A stretch of 63,915 nucleotides of DNA, the filler included, from Choristocarpus tenellus KU-1152 (taxonomy: Eukaryota; Protista; Phaeophyceae): assembly GCA_964200185.2 (NCBI GenBank). It is 12 parts of 12 records of this genome, joined end to end, with 100 filler letters (N's around TTAATTAATTAA, not from the genome) between each part and the next. Parts side by side here need not be neighbours in the genome. Positions count along the whole stretch, not along the records: positions 10,810 to 15,814 come from CAXNAD020012199.1; positions 15,915 to 19,612 come from CAXNAD020018444.1; positions 19,713 to 22,625 come from CAXNAD020023696.1; positions 22,726 to 30,129 come from CAXNAD020006208.1; 8 more parts are not named here. The stretch is one strand, 5' to 3'. The notes beneath the pieces are model-generated. The model was not told the DNA's origin and ran no database searches. It saw nothing but the letters and a program-made list of their open reading frames with translations. Shown piece after piece: positions 12,401 through 25,743 of the stretch; the stretch's first letter is position 1, and every line of letters begins with the position of its first letter. A program made the translations under genes and the position numbers.

Positions 12401-15400
12401 AAGAAATGGGTGGATGATGAAAATAGTAAAAGGGCTTTTGGTCAAAACCATCACCCCTCTTAAAACGTTTTTTAAAAAATCTTAAACTTAACATTGAGTC
12501 GAGTTGAGCTAAGCACTGAGTGGAGTATCGAGAGAAAAGGCGGCCTGACACCCAACAAACTATTGCCAAGAGCAACGTCCAATAGCGTCATTTTAAGGTC
12601 GTTGGAATTGAGTTAACATCCTGTGGAGGTGAGTTCTGGGGCGCGCTGTGACACAAACATGCTCGAACAGTATACATTCGAAATAATTATTACAAGAGGA
12701 ACTTTTAACCGATAAAATATGCCGAGTAAGATTCGAAATGCATACATAACCTCACAGAATAAACGTCAATTCCTGGGAGTTGCAGAATAAAGACATGTAA
12801 TTTGAGTACGTATACAACGGTTGGCATGAAGTATTGAAAAAAAATGTCATTCATTAGGGTTAACTGGTGGTTTGTGCTTCGTGAGGTGAACAAATGTCTA
12901 CATCCATTGTGAAGAGGCATCACTAATAGGGTTTGGAATTAGTCGGACTACTTCGAGTTATTCGAGTAGTTTATTTGTTGGTGTACGGTGATGAATATTG
13001 TTGTAATTCCTTAATTGAACTTTTAAAATCGAGCGACCAAATTGTTTAATCGATTTAAATATGGTCAGGTATGGCATCAAGAAGTTCTTCACGTAGGTGT
13101 TGGTCGGTAGTCTGGTATTCATTGGGGTTTTGCTTGGGTTAGCGAGTGATATGCTGGAGATGGAAAGGGTTAGGAAAAGGTTTGTTGAGGAGCTATATGT
13201 TGATTTTTTGGAGTATGTCCACATGAGAATAGTGTTGTGGTTAGCGGGTTAGGTTGACGGCTGTCCATGTGGGTGAGGGGTGGGTCGTGTCGCGGATGTA
13301 GATCGAACTGTTGACAAGGGTAGCATGAACAATGTATCACATGTGCCTGCTTATATCCAAATCTATGTGGGCTTGGGAATGATGGGAAATAGGGAGTAAT
13401 CTTTTAGTGTAATTAAATAATTAATTACTTAGGGTTAGGCACAATGTGACCGATTCCTTGACCAATGACACTACGGTGAAACCCATTATGTAAACATTGT
13501 GACACCATTAGGGAAACAGCCTGTTGACAGACGCACACCTAATTTTGGATGTATATAAAACTTGCTGGCATATAAGGATGTGACAGTTTGGCGCAAAGGA
13601 TATGTGTTCCAGAGCTACGACGCACAGCAATACAAGCTTCATCAAAGTTTAAATTTGTATGAGAAATATTGGTATGAAACACTTGGAACAGTCTTCGATA
13701 ATTAAAACTAAGACCGAAGTGTACCCTCCTTTGGTCTAAAGGTTAGGCCAAGTTTCGAATGTGTGTTAGGGTATACGGGTATAGTATCTGTAAACTATAG
13801 ATTCCCAAACGGTGTTATCCTGTGATCACCAAAGCACCCCATAACAGTGAAGGGGAAACGTGAGAAGAATTTTGACGTTCATCTTCACGGTGCGATGAGG
13901 ACGATATGCTGTGTTAGACATTGATTGGTGTTTAAGGTTATCGACCTCGCTTCGCATCAGAAGAAGAACTGTTTAGAGGGTGAAAATGTGTTATCCCACT
14001 GGATACTACACTTGTATTTGTCAAGAGGTATGTGCTGTTGTAAAAGATGTGGCAAATACCTATATACCGATGAGAACCCAAATATTAACCAAAGCTGATT
14101 CATTATTTGGTAAGAGAAGGACACATTCGACTTCACCAAGTCGAATAGTTCACAGCAGGAAGAACGTTTCTATGAATTTTTCTTTAATTAGGGTTACCCT
14201 AAAAGTTATAAACTCCAAAATGTAAAACATTTGCCCCAGGCCGTGCAAACTCGGATGCCGTACAGGTACAACTACAGAGTCTACAAATACAAATTTTGGT
14301 CCAGACCGTGCCAACCTGGTTGTTGGACACATTGTGGAAGGAGCAGAAAGAATTAAGTCGGCGAAAAATACACTCCTACTTTAAGTTCAACCTGAAACCA
14401 AAAAAAAATCTACTTGAGCTGGTGAGCATGTGTGAAGTCGCACCTCCCTTCCTTGCACCAATCTATAAGCTTAGGGTAAACCTCTGTCTCATCACATGCC
14501 AAAGATTTAGGGGGGAGGAGTACTTGTCGTTCTACAGTTCTGCCTCGACACGACCGAGAAACACAGCTTTTCTCGCAGCGAGTGTTTCTATGTCCTTCGC
14601 ACACAGCGTCCTCTGGGTATTACCCACACCATGGCACAAGCCATCGAGGATTCCCTTGTGCACGTAGCAGTGATCATCCAGGACAAGAAGATTTGCAGCT
14701 TTGCCAGCCCTCAATCAACCTAAATCCGTAGTCATGAATAGCCTGTTGAAGGACAAAGGTTTGCACACGACAGTATGTTGATGAGGATAGGTTTGCCGAG
14801 CGGAGGAGTTCCTCAACGCAAGCCTCAAGGAATTGATCAGTCATTCCGATGTTCAACTTACCATCCTCGGACATGGGCAATTCATCTTCGCTGTCGGTCA
14901 GGAGCGGAGATGGTCACGTATCTTGTGTGTGTTGTTATATGGGTTATGGGAACTCGAAAAATGAAAAAAGTATTTTAAAACATGTACATTTGTCCTTAAA
15001 GCGAACTCGTTAGAGATTTTTGTATGGAAGTGTGCAACATTCACAAACGAGGCCAGTGTATACGACTTGTGTTTTTCCCCTCCGCTATATTAGTATTATG
15101 ACCTCTAACATTTTGCAGATGTGCGAGGGGGGAAACAAACGAAAACTATACATGTGTCAGTATAAGCCCTAAAGAAATAAAATATCATAAATGTGAAAAA
15201 TACTATTAAGCCCTGTAAGTGTAAAAAACACTATCATACGTACCTCATGCGTGGTGCGGATTATATTAGGCAATTGACCTCTTAATGTTATTTACCGCTT
15301 AGTATGGGAAACGGGATTGCGTGTCAATACACCATGGCATTTTGACTATAACCAATTTGAGGTCCGACGGTTCTTGTTCACTAGGAAACAAACAAAAAAA

Positions 15401-15414
15401 CTCATTGCTCCTCT

Positions 15415-15637
15415 ATCACTGGTACCTTCAACATCATGTCATGAAACGTTTACACTTGCTTGACTTCTAACTAGTAGGTAAGAAGGAGATTACTGTTGAA
15501 GAATGTGGAGTAAGAGTGATTTGCTCCTGAAGATTGTTGAAGGCTCGAAGGGTGTTGTACTCCCCAAAGGATTAAGAAGTGAAGTCAAGCAAGTGTAAAT
15601 AAACGTTTCATGACATGATGTTAAAGGGACCAGCGAT
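15415..15637. mobile_element. Small element with ~53-bp terminal inverted repeats
   Basis: 15415-15467 (ATCACTGGTACCTTCAACATCATGTCATGAAACGTTTACACTTGCTTGACTTC) is nearly the reverse complement of 15581-15637. Confidence 0.75.
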
Positions 15638-15914
15638 GAAACATAGAAGAAGGGCGGACTTTCAAAGTGAAAATGGGTTCGTTTTGATACAGACGTAATT
15701 GAAGTCAGTACCAGAGTTTGAATACAGTCCTACTGAATACGGATATTTCCTGCGTCTGGATTTGCTAAAGGATGCAAACACACAAGAAAGTCGAGAGGGT
15801 AAACCGTCAACACTNNNNNNNNNNNNNNNNNNNNNNNNNNNNNNNNNNNNNNNNNNNNTTAATTAATTAANNNNNNNNNNNNNNNNNNNNNNNNNNNNNN
15901 NNNNNNNNNNNNNN

Positions 15915-16072
15915 GGGTGGCAGGTATCCATTTGGGGTCCATTTTTCATGTCGCAATTTTTGGGTGGTTTGGTTGCATACGTTGGATGGATAATGTAAGT
16001 GCACTTTTCCTGGTTTGGGCCCAAATGGACACCCTGGTGTAGAACCCCCATACCCCCCAGATACTTTGGATC
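15915..16072. mobile_element. MITE family B, partial (contig start)
   Basis: Family B body ending CCCCCCAGATACTTTGGATC. Confidence 0.8.
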
Positions 16073-16481
16073 AGCAATGAGATTAAGCAATGCTGGCAAT
16101 GAGATTAAGGCAATGCCTTCTAACGGGTTATCGTTTCCATGTTTCTTGTGGGCTTATGAGAAATTCGGAACATCAATATGTAAAAGTGATCAGTTAAGCA
16201 AATATCCACGGCTTGCTCTACATTAATGGCAGACGCCCATTCCAATAAGAATAAAACAAATCATACATATCCTTCCTGTTTCTGACAAGTCTTTCCTCAC
16301 CTCCAAGAACCCAATAAAGAGACAGCCTAGGGGAAGAGTATGTAGGAATATGATCAAGAACTATTCCTGCTGCCGTGGACCCATCTTGACTTATTTTATT
16401 TTGGGTATTGTTCTTTTTTATAATACACCACTGAAGGGTTAGAGTGCGTGAGTCAAAGGTAATGGAGAGTTTTGACCGTTT

Positions 16482-16728
16482 GAGTGAAAGTATCCTTCAG
16501 AGGGTATGGGTTTTGCCCTGTTTGTCTGTTTGGGGCTTGACTTCCAATGGTTATTTTAATCTCATTTTCCTACTCCAAAATGTTTCGGAGTAGGTAAAAT
16601 GCATATGTTATGAAAAGGTGTATCCACAACAAGGATACTGACACTTCCTAACAAACACAACAACCAAAATTATATCAAAACTACAACATTGGATTTTGGC
16701 CCCCAAATGGACATGGCCCTACCCTCTA
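16482..16728. mobile_element. MITE family A, one TIR truncated
   Basis: GAGTGAAAGTATCC... body ...TACCCTCTAA. Confidence 0.85.
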
Positions 16729-18577
16729 AAGAAAAAGAAGGTTTGAAAGACATTTGAAAAGGGGCACCACCAATAAGGGTTATCTTGCTTCTGCAAAGTG
16801 AACGCACTCAGAAAACAGCCAAAACTACACCCCACCCACACCTGTGCACTGCGTGCGCTCCAAGAATAAAACGTGAGCGCCACCAAAACGTCAGAGGGGA
16901 CACTCAGGGGGGCAATCCCCCTCTCAGATACTGATGATACATCGGCTCTATTTTTTCTATTGTTGGCAACTTGAAATGAGCTCTTGCGTTAGACTTCCGA
17001 GACGATGTCTGCTGCTCACGGGGATTGGAGAGGAGAAACACAAACCTCTGTAGTGGAGGAACCGCGATGAAGCGCCGATATACTCTTCGATTTTCATGAT
17101 ACAGGAATAGGGCTAAGGCATACTTCGGTTTTCGTTTTTTTTTACGCAGCAAAAAATGTTTGTGTTTTCATCGATCGGTAGGTGACATGATAAAAAAAAT
17201 GTTTCCTTATCGTCACTGGCATGAAAGAAGTATCTCGTTTTTTTTTTTAATTCACGATTTGGGGTATTTTGTGAAGCGACGATACATGTATATAGGTGAA
17301 CGGACTCCTAGAGGTCGGAGTGCTCGCTCGGTATGCTTCAAAAACTAAAGAAGCAACCTGTATTACTACTTAATCACAAATATATTTCTAATATCACTAA
17401 CTCTGGTAGCAGACAAAACCAAAGAATTATCCAAGAAATAAAGAATGTAATTGATGTTTCTTATAAAAGGGGAATAACCGAGATAAATGGAAAGACTTCC
17501 CCCACGCATATCTTCTGTGCCCTCTGTCTAATAGGTCACAAACGTATGTGTGATGTGATGTTGATATTTGAGCAAGTGTGGCGATCCTGTACGATAGATT
17601 ATGTGGTGCATGGACTTCTTTGTGCGATGACTTGTGTCATGAATCTCGAATTATGTAGTACGTATCCTGACTAGTAGCAAGATTAATTGCGCCGAATATT
17701 ATTGTTCAGAACAGTTACTACATATATTTGAAAGAATATACTCCAGAGAATGGTCTTACTAAATAGTTTCCCTTCTGTGCCCACAACTGATAAATACAAT
17801 ACGTACCTTACGGTTACACTATTATTGTCGACGAACTGGAAAAAAAATATTTGATGGCCTGCGCAAGGTGTTGTACTCCCATAATCGCCCGAATTTGACT
17901 GACACTGTGGTTGTGAAGGGGAGGCAGCCCCGCCTGTTGACTGTTGTCAGGGATCCAAAGCTTCAGAAGGCCTCCATATTCTTCGAGACTGTGTGCCACT
18001 TGGGAAGACACAAAAAAGGTGACTGCTAGCATGTATGTATGTATGTATGTACGTACGCAAGCATGTATTTATGTGTGTACTCTATTTTTTTTCTTGATAT
18101 TGCACTGTGCACGTAGTCTGTATCTTTATGTGTTTATATAGAGATCTATAAGTTATGGCCCAGAATGACTTGTGTATCCGTCTTCCTTATTTTTTCATCG
18201 CTCTGTATCTATGTATCACAACACATCATTTATGCATCTCAATATGTGCACTTTAGGTGTATCTATACAGATGGATGGATGGATGAACAGAAGTGACCAG
18301 ACATTATACCCCTCCCAAGAAGAGATACTTGTACCCACTTCATGCTATGAATTAATTGTACTCCACACACAGTCATGCAGTATCATCTCTGACACGTATT
18401 ATGACATCACCGGCAAATGATCGCTTCTTGGTGAGATTTCAATAGTGATACATCCATAACTTGCTTGCAATACCATAAAATGTAACCACCCAAAAAATGC
18501 ACGGACCATCAACAGATTCAATTTAAACACAGTACATAGTCATGGACTAGACGTTGGGGGGGCAGTCAGGCATTACA

Positions 18578-18823
18578 ACAGAATGAGGTATATTGTTGAC
18601 GGTTGATGGTACACCAAACACACAATGACAGAACGAGGTATATTGTTGACGGTTAATGGTTCACCAAACACACAATGACAGAATGAGGTATATTGTTGAC
18701 GGTTAATGGTACACCAAACACACAATGACAGAATGAGGTATATTGTTGACGGTTAATGGTACACCAAACACATAATGACAGAATGAGGTATACTGTTGAT
18801 GGTTAATGGTGCACCAAACACAC
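18578..18823. repeat. 50-bp minisatellite x ~5
   Basis: ACAGAATGAGGTATATTGTTGACGGTTAATGGTACACCAAACACACAATG in tandem. Confidence 0.95.
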
Positions 18824-19151
18824 CATTGTTGATTTCTCTTTGCAGTTGTAGTACAGTGTATTGCCAACTAAACCGTCTCCTTGCTAAAAAAGGTCCCTAG
18901 TCAATATATATATATATATGCCATCTGTGGAGTAAATAGAACAGTTGTGGCATGTTATACCCAGTGTTCCCAGGGGTCGGAACTGGAAAGAGACGAGCTC
19001 CTCACCCGTAGACAAGAACAAGGAGAGAGAGAGTCAAAGTAAACCGGAGGTACCTGGGCTTAGGCTCATTCGTATTTTAGGTCTGTTTTCAATATTTTGC
19101 TATTCGCCCTTGTTTCTTTGGATGAAGTTCTAAGTTTGATCCGAGAGCATT

Positions 19152-19612
19152 AGTTCGAAGTATCTTGGGGAGTGGGGGAGTCTAGCTCAGGGTGTCCATT
19201 CGGGCCCTGACCAGGTGTTGGTTGGAAGAATGGTCTATTCTATTTGAGTGTCTTTAGTAGTGGAGGGTTGGTCCTGTTTTGATGTTGTCTTAGGTGTGCA
19301 ACATCCTGTACTGCGGGTATGGTGTTCTTAGCGGTTGGGTTTCTGTTGACCGTGTTATGATGTCAAGATCAAAACAAAATCGCGACATGAGACATTAAGA
19401 AAATTGACCCCGAATGGACAGCCGCCACCCCCCCTCCCAGATACTTGTTGGACTCCATTTATTTCTCTAATTGTTTGAAAATTTTGGGACACAAGAGTTA
19501 AAGTATCTTAGTGGCTCTAAGTATCTGGGGAGGGGGGGGGGGTGGCGGCTGTCCATTCAGGGTCAATTTTTTTATTTTGCAATTTTGGGGTCCTTTTGTT
19601 GGATACGTCAAA
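19152..19612. mobile_element. Two MITE family B copies (19152-19454 interrupted; 19513-19612 cut by gap)
   Basis: AAGTATCTTGGGGAG, AATGGACAGCCGCCACCCCCC..AGATACTT and AAGTATCTGGGGAGG motifs. Confidence 0.7.
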
Positions 19613-19712
19613 NNNNNNNNNNNNNNNNNNNNNNNNNNNNNNNNNNNNNNNNNNNNTTAATTAATTAANNNNNNNNNNNNNNNNNNNNNNNNNNNNNNNN
19701 NNNNNNNNNNNN

Positions 19713-22625
19713 GCCATGATCTTCTGGCACTCGGAGTAGCCCCTGATAAGGGGGACATGAACGAAAGGAACATGTAAAGAAAGGTCATCATGATGAACGG
19801 AATAGGTAGTGGAATTATATGCGTTTGTTTTGGCGATTATTTCTTGGGACTTTGCACTCATCCGTAGAATAAAACATGAGTGTCTATTCTGTTCCGTGTG
19901 CGGCTGCAAAGTTCTTGTCGGGTGGACTGTGCGTACGTGTGTGGTTACCTGTCACCGACGTGGGTTGGTGGGTAAAGCGCTGGGAGGGCGTGTGCTGTCT
20001 GGTTCGCGGCGTCTACTTACATGAACACGAAGCCGAGAGGTTTGCCATCGGCTTTGGCCCGCATGGCGTTGCTGGTGCTGTTGGTGCTGTTGGTGATGAC
20101 CAGCCGATCCGCTTTGATAATCTGGCGAATGGGGGATAGCAACATCACGTGAATTAATCAAATAAATCTGCTCAGATTTAAAAAAAAATGCCGCTTGTTA
20201 ACACGTATCAGGTTAGTTTGTAACAAAAATGTAGTCTGGGTATCAATAGATGTTAGTATTGGGATATGTTTTTTATTGCTGCGTTCAAAACAAACACCAA
20301 GTTATCAGGATGGTAGGAAGTACGCACTTACCGGGCCGGAAGACCGCTACATGACCTTTCCCTCCCACAGCACGTTGTACACTACCAGGAAGCAGTCTGT
20401 CTTACAAGGTGTTTGGGCAGCTAATGACAGCAAGTTTTGCGGTGAGTGAGGCTACTGCTGCTGTCATAAACACCTACGTGGGAGTCTTCATTCGCAAAAG
20501 GACACGGATTTACTTCAAAACGGAGGGCAATGACGGTGATATGTTGTCACTGTACCCTTGTTGCAAAATTAACGCTGGAGACCTACCTGTTGACGGTCTG
20601 ACAGCTCCTTATCGATGGACTCGAGGAGGGTGGAGTCGTTGGTGGGTTTTACACCAGGCGCACCGTGCCGCTTCTCTTTTAACGTGACACATATGTCACA
20701 TTTCATAAACTCGCCTCCTACCCTCACCCGGATGTTGGGCCTGTCCTCTCTGAGCATTCGAAGGAAGTACTCCTTGCTTACCCGCTTGGAAGGGTCGCAG
20801 GATACACCCGTATTGCCTCTTTGCAAAAATCCTTGTATAGCTCCTAATTAAAAATGTTGGTTGTGTGGGCAAGCGAGGAGTTATTGAGAAGGAACACTCG
20901 AAGAACACCCCTGCAACATCTCTTGAAGGCGGGCTGACCAATAACTTTACTGAGAACGCGGAAGACAGGATCAAGCAAGCTTACATCATGCGTTACGAAA
21001 GAGAAAATACAATGATCTGATTAAATCTTCCATGAGCGTCGTTTGGTTTGGACCTCGCTGCCGTTTGCAGAGGCGACAAAGGAGGCGAATCTACCATCAT
21101 CATCATCATCACGAAGCGCTTTGGACATACGAAGTACACACTTTTCCTACCAATTTCAGACTGGGTCCGGGGCCGCAGAGTATGTGTGCTCGGCATTGAA
21201 ATAACATTTACTGTGTCTTCCTTCGTATAATCGACAACGAGTATGATAATGAATATCGACATATCGACATAGCAAACGAAAAAGATAGCACTTTGTATTA
21301 ATCTTGACATGTTCTTTTAACCACAATATCAAACCGGTCAAGGTAATGAACATCCACCACTCGATATACTACTTAGATCCACCTTTTCAACGTACTGCCG
21401 GGTCACACGGTTTGCATCTAACTCCAACACAGGGTGCAGCCAACCTCTCCACAACCAAGGGCAAAACCAACCTGTTTGTTCGCGGCGTAGGTCACAATTG
21501 TTGACTTGTGAGGCATGAACTGCCCGTATGTATCAGCCCAGTAGTCTATCCAGGACATCACCAGGTCTCGCTTCGGACCCATGTCCGAATTTTTGTTCGT
21601 GCCCTTCCTGTTGTAGTAGCGCACGTATGTATATGAATGGATGGGATATGTGTTGGAGGTGGATACGAGGGACGGGGGATGGAATCCTAGAGGTATCGTA
21701 TGCCAGCAGCGGATCATATACTCTGTAGATATTTACGTGTGGTACATGATGCAGCAGAGCGGGGACGGTCGGACGAGATGATATTGTTGAAGCATGACAA
21801 ACATATCGCACGTGCATATGCATACATAGGTCAGTCATTACTCCATGCTGGAGGGATCTCTAGCTTTGTATATCAGACATCTAGGCATGGTAACTGCAAA
21901 GTGAACCGGGTGAGTACGGTCGGATCACATTGTTCTCAGATAGGACTACTATTGTGCGTTCAAGCAGGGGGGAAACAAGACCTTGGTACAAGCGACACTG
22001 TGTACATACTTCAAACCCACCTCTCCATGCCGGCGGATGCTCTTGCGTTAGGTGTACCTTTGCAGGCGTCAATGACATGATTGGATATCCCGAACGATGC
22101 CTTAAAAAAATTCGTACAGATGGGAATGCCGGCCGCGAGCATAGATCCACATCGAGGTCCCAACTTAATCACAGGTACACACTCGCCAACGAACTCCTTG
22201 CGATCGTGGCGGTTGTCACACACCCGGATGATGTCCTGCTCTTTGGCCAAGGTGCATGCAAGGAAGGACTCACCATCTGCCGCGAACTTCTGCACACAGG
22301 CTAAGCGCGTGCAGCAGCCATGCTGTTCGTTGACTTGGGATGGGTTCAACCCATCCCAGACGAAGCTTGGCGCCGGTCGCTGAAGCGTCATTGGCATGAA
22401 GCTCGAGCGCATCATTGTTGGCGAGCTGGTGTGGGGGCAACGCAGGGGAAGACGTAGGCGACACAAGCCACCCCGTTGCTGTGGAAGCAACTGGCATGGC
22501 GTTTTCGATCAACAGGCGGTCTTGGGCGGTGAGAAGGTGTAGGAGTGATTCGAAGACGAGCGTATGAACTTTGTTTCATCCTCAGGTGATCGGTGGGACC
22601 ATCCTGAGATCCCACCGATCCTGAA
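19713..22625 (-). mobile_element. Sola-like DDD transposase element, copy 1 (N-terminal half, intron-containing, frameshifted)
   Basis: Exons encode GCCTRLACVQKF...IPICTNFFKASFGIS (~22330-22080), WIDYWADTYGQFMPHK...ANKQ (ends 21472), ELYKDFCK/..VSKEYFLRMLREDRPNIRVRVGGEFMKCDICVTL (20843-20587) and IIKADRLV...KADGKPLGFVFI (20121-20021). These match the motif order of Sola-type transposases. 21000-22625 is collinear and highly similar to 31430-33050. Confidence 0.75.
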
Positions 22626-22725
22626 NNNNNNNNNNNNNNNNNNNNNNNNNNNNNNNNNNNNNNNNNNNNTTAATTAATTAANNNNNNNNNNNNNNNNNNN
22701 NNNNNNNNNNNNNNNNNNNNNNNNN

Positions 22726-22904
22726 GGCTCAAAGTGTCTGGGGAGGGGGGGGGAGATCTACGCCAGGGTGTCCATCTGGGCCCTGGCCAGGAGAAGTGCA
22801 CTTAGATTATCCATCCGATACATGCAACCAAATCACCTAAGATTGCGACATGGAAAAATGGGCCCCAAATGGACACCCGCCACCCCCCCCAGACTCTTTG
22901 ACCC
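22726..22904. mobile_element. MITE family B
   Basis: GGCTCAAAGTGTCTGGG...CCCAGACTCTTTGACCC. Confidence 0.85.
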
Positions 22905-24695
22905 TAAGCGAAGACTCTTTCTGCAATAGTTCAAAATGGTGCCTTGTCTCCCTTTCTCAGGACCCTTAACATGCAACCCTGCCTACCTCTCAGTTGGTTT
23001 GGTTGTCACTGTGCGCATAAAGCGCTGAAATAGAGTGTATTGCATAGGTTAAGAAAGATTGCACAGAATGCAAAAGGGTTAGGTTAGGGTTAGAGTGTGA
23101 CAGATTCAGTGGCAGATGCGTTTATGGACAGACAGGAATAACTGATTTTTCACACAGGACGTACTTGGCCGCTTTGTTTCTAATACAGAGGTTAGGGTAG
23201 GTTAGAGAGGGCAATTGTATCTCTCCAACACTATTGAAAATGTCTTATTCATGCCACAATATCTAGGGTTGTGAAGAGCGATAGTTTTTCATCAACTTCA
23301 TTTAGTTCAGAAAAACCCTGGAAATCATAACTTCTGAAACAGTTCGGTTATTTGGATATTCATTTTTTGTAGAAAACTCAAAACTAAAATCTATTTTTTA
23401 TGTATGTCCCTTCCCTCCCCTCTCTGTAACATCCTAAGAATGATGCTATCAATACGACCTTACATCATATACAGCTTCGAAGTATAATCAGAATGGCAGG
23501 AGATGTGTGCTAAAGAAGATTTAATCTCTGCTCTTCACCCCAGTGAGCTCCTTCCCACAAAACCAATGTCCTTCAGGTTAAGGAAGACATACTATGAATG
23601 AGAAGTAGCCTGTCTCAGGTACCACTGGAGATCATACCTCTTTTGGGGACAGAGAAAAACCGTACAAACGAGGGCAAGTCGAATTTTACATTCTCAACAG
23701 GATCCCGTTTCATGTTGTCTTCTGGGTTGTGTTAGAAAACATTCCATCATTAACGGGCATTTTACATCCATCTGGTTGGTCACTTTTCACTCTCTCAATG
23801 ATATAAGGTCTGTTGGATTCTTGGGATGCTTGCTTCCTTTTCTCCCCCCCCCGGGGCAAAGGAGTAGGTAGATGGGAAGATAAGGAAGACAGTTGTACAA
23901 TGTTTGATAGTGGTGAAGTAACTGGTTAGTGGTTTCCACACTTACAGTGTTTTATTTCCTTAGGGCTAATAACGACATATATATAGTTTTGATTGGTTTC
24001 CCCCCTGACACATCTGCAAGATGTCAGAGGGCATAATAATAAAAATATAAGTGAGTATTGACTTAATCAAAAACCTCCTACTCGGTTAAATTTTGAACGT
24101 ATCTTTTTTTCTATTCAGTATAGTGGACCAATTGAACCAAGAATTGTCATCATGTCTGATATGTGTGAATGGAAAATGCCATATGGACTGACTATATAAG
24201 ATAACCCCTACACTGTCTCTAATAAAGTAATTATGATATCGGCACTGTCTCCACACACGTTTTCCAGATGTTGTCATACATACAACAATCAATTATTGCA
24301 TCAATCAATATCTAATTACAGATGAGTCTTCCATGCAGAATCGAAAAAATTAAATAAAACGCTTAATTCTACCAACATCTAGACTTTATAATAATACATA
24401 TCAGCTGGTTGTGACGTGGAAGTTGACGTGGAATCGAACTGAAATAATAAAACGAAAGTGTGTAAGTTTGTACACACACAAAATTGCCAACTACAAAGGT
24501 GAGAGCAGGTTCAATATCCCCCGCTCTTCACAGACAGAAATACCTCACCACATCTCATACAGGATAGCATAGATTTATTTGATCGAGACGGTGTGGTTTC
24601 TCCGAGTTATAGTGCTCTGCCTAATCAACGTTGACGTCGACTCTAAAAAAGTCTACTACAAGAATTGTGCATCTGTTTTTGGGGACAGGACTGCT

Positions 24696-25743
24696 ATGAG
24701 TTTGCCAAGCAGCACTTCAACCCTGAGGCGTGCGGCTTCCGCTGCTGCCCAAGAAGCAACCATCTTCACGAAACCTCGTCGGTTGACCCAGCCCCGACGC
24801 TCCGCACGCACTCACCATGCCTTCTTCAACACTGTGTATGGTCACACCTTCAATGATGAGGAAGTGAGGGCAAGTGGTGGTGTTGCACCCTATGGTTCTT
24901 TGTCGAGGGTTCGTCCACGTGAGACGGAGGTCTCGCGTGGATCCCACAACCTTGCCTTGTATCAAAACGATTTCACGCAACAGGCACCAACAGCAGCTGA
25001 TGAGGTGGCGGCAAAGGTGCAGATGATGCTTGTGGCAGAGGAGGCAGAGCAGGAACATTCTCATCGCCTTGCCTTCCATACGGGGGACGACCTCGCACAA
25101 GGCTACCCCAATGAGGTATAATCTAGCAGTAGGGCCATATCTCGACCGAATCAAGTCGATTAAGTGTGAGAGGATAAGATTGCTTACTTTTCTAAATACA
25201 TCGCTACAGAAATAGGTATCGAGACTTTGAGTTCATGTTACTTGAGAATCCTTTGGAGTATCATGTGAGACCCTCTACCGTTATAATACCAAATCCCAAG
25301 TTGAGGAGGTAAGGAGTTCCGTTGCCCACTTCGTGATGCCGTGGCCTTCAGGGCCAAACTACATAAACTAGCCGCCTTTATCTCTGCTCTTATATCCCAG
25401 GTCAATGATCCAGGATAAGGTTTCCTGCATTTTGGTTTATTTCCTTTGTCAATGGTCATGCCTGTACCTGGCTCTATTTTGTGTGCTTTCTTGCTGCGTC
25501 CAACGTTTTCCCCCTACACTACACTGACATGTGCAGGAAATGACATACCGAGCAGAACAGATCCGAGAGGGTGCTACTAGGCGAATTCAAGATGAGTCTA
25601 ACCGGCCTTGGGGTAACTCTTCTTGGGAAAGCACCCAGACTGGAGCCTCTTCCATGTTCGATAACGATTTCGCTCAGGTGGAATACCCGACGGAGCCAAG
25701 CCGATGGAAGGGATCCAGCGATGACCAATCGTTTGGACATTGA
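24696..25743 (+). CDS. Unknown ~208-aa protein, two exons (24696-25115, 25537-25743); R/S/A-rich N-terminus may be a mitochondrial transit peptide
   Basis: GC-rich open exons, GAG|gtataa donor and tgcag|GAA acceptor in phase 0, ATG start and TGA stop. No family recognised. Confidence 0.6.

Noticed and set aside
16904-18010. Possible minus-strand exons (~18000-17850, ~17085-17045)
   Set aside because: No consistent spliced model or recognisable motif.
18578-18823. CRISPR-like short repeats
   Set aside because: Head-to-tail 50-bp minisatellite without spacers.
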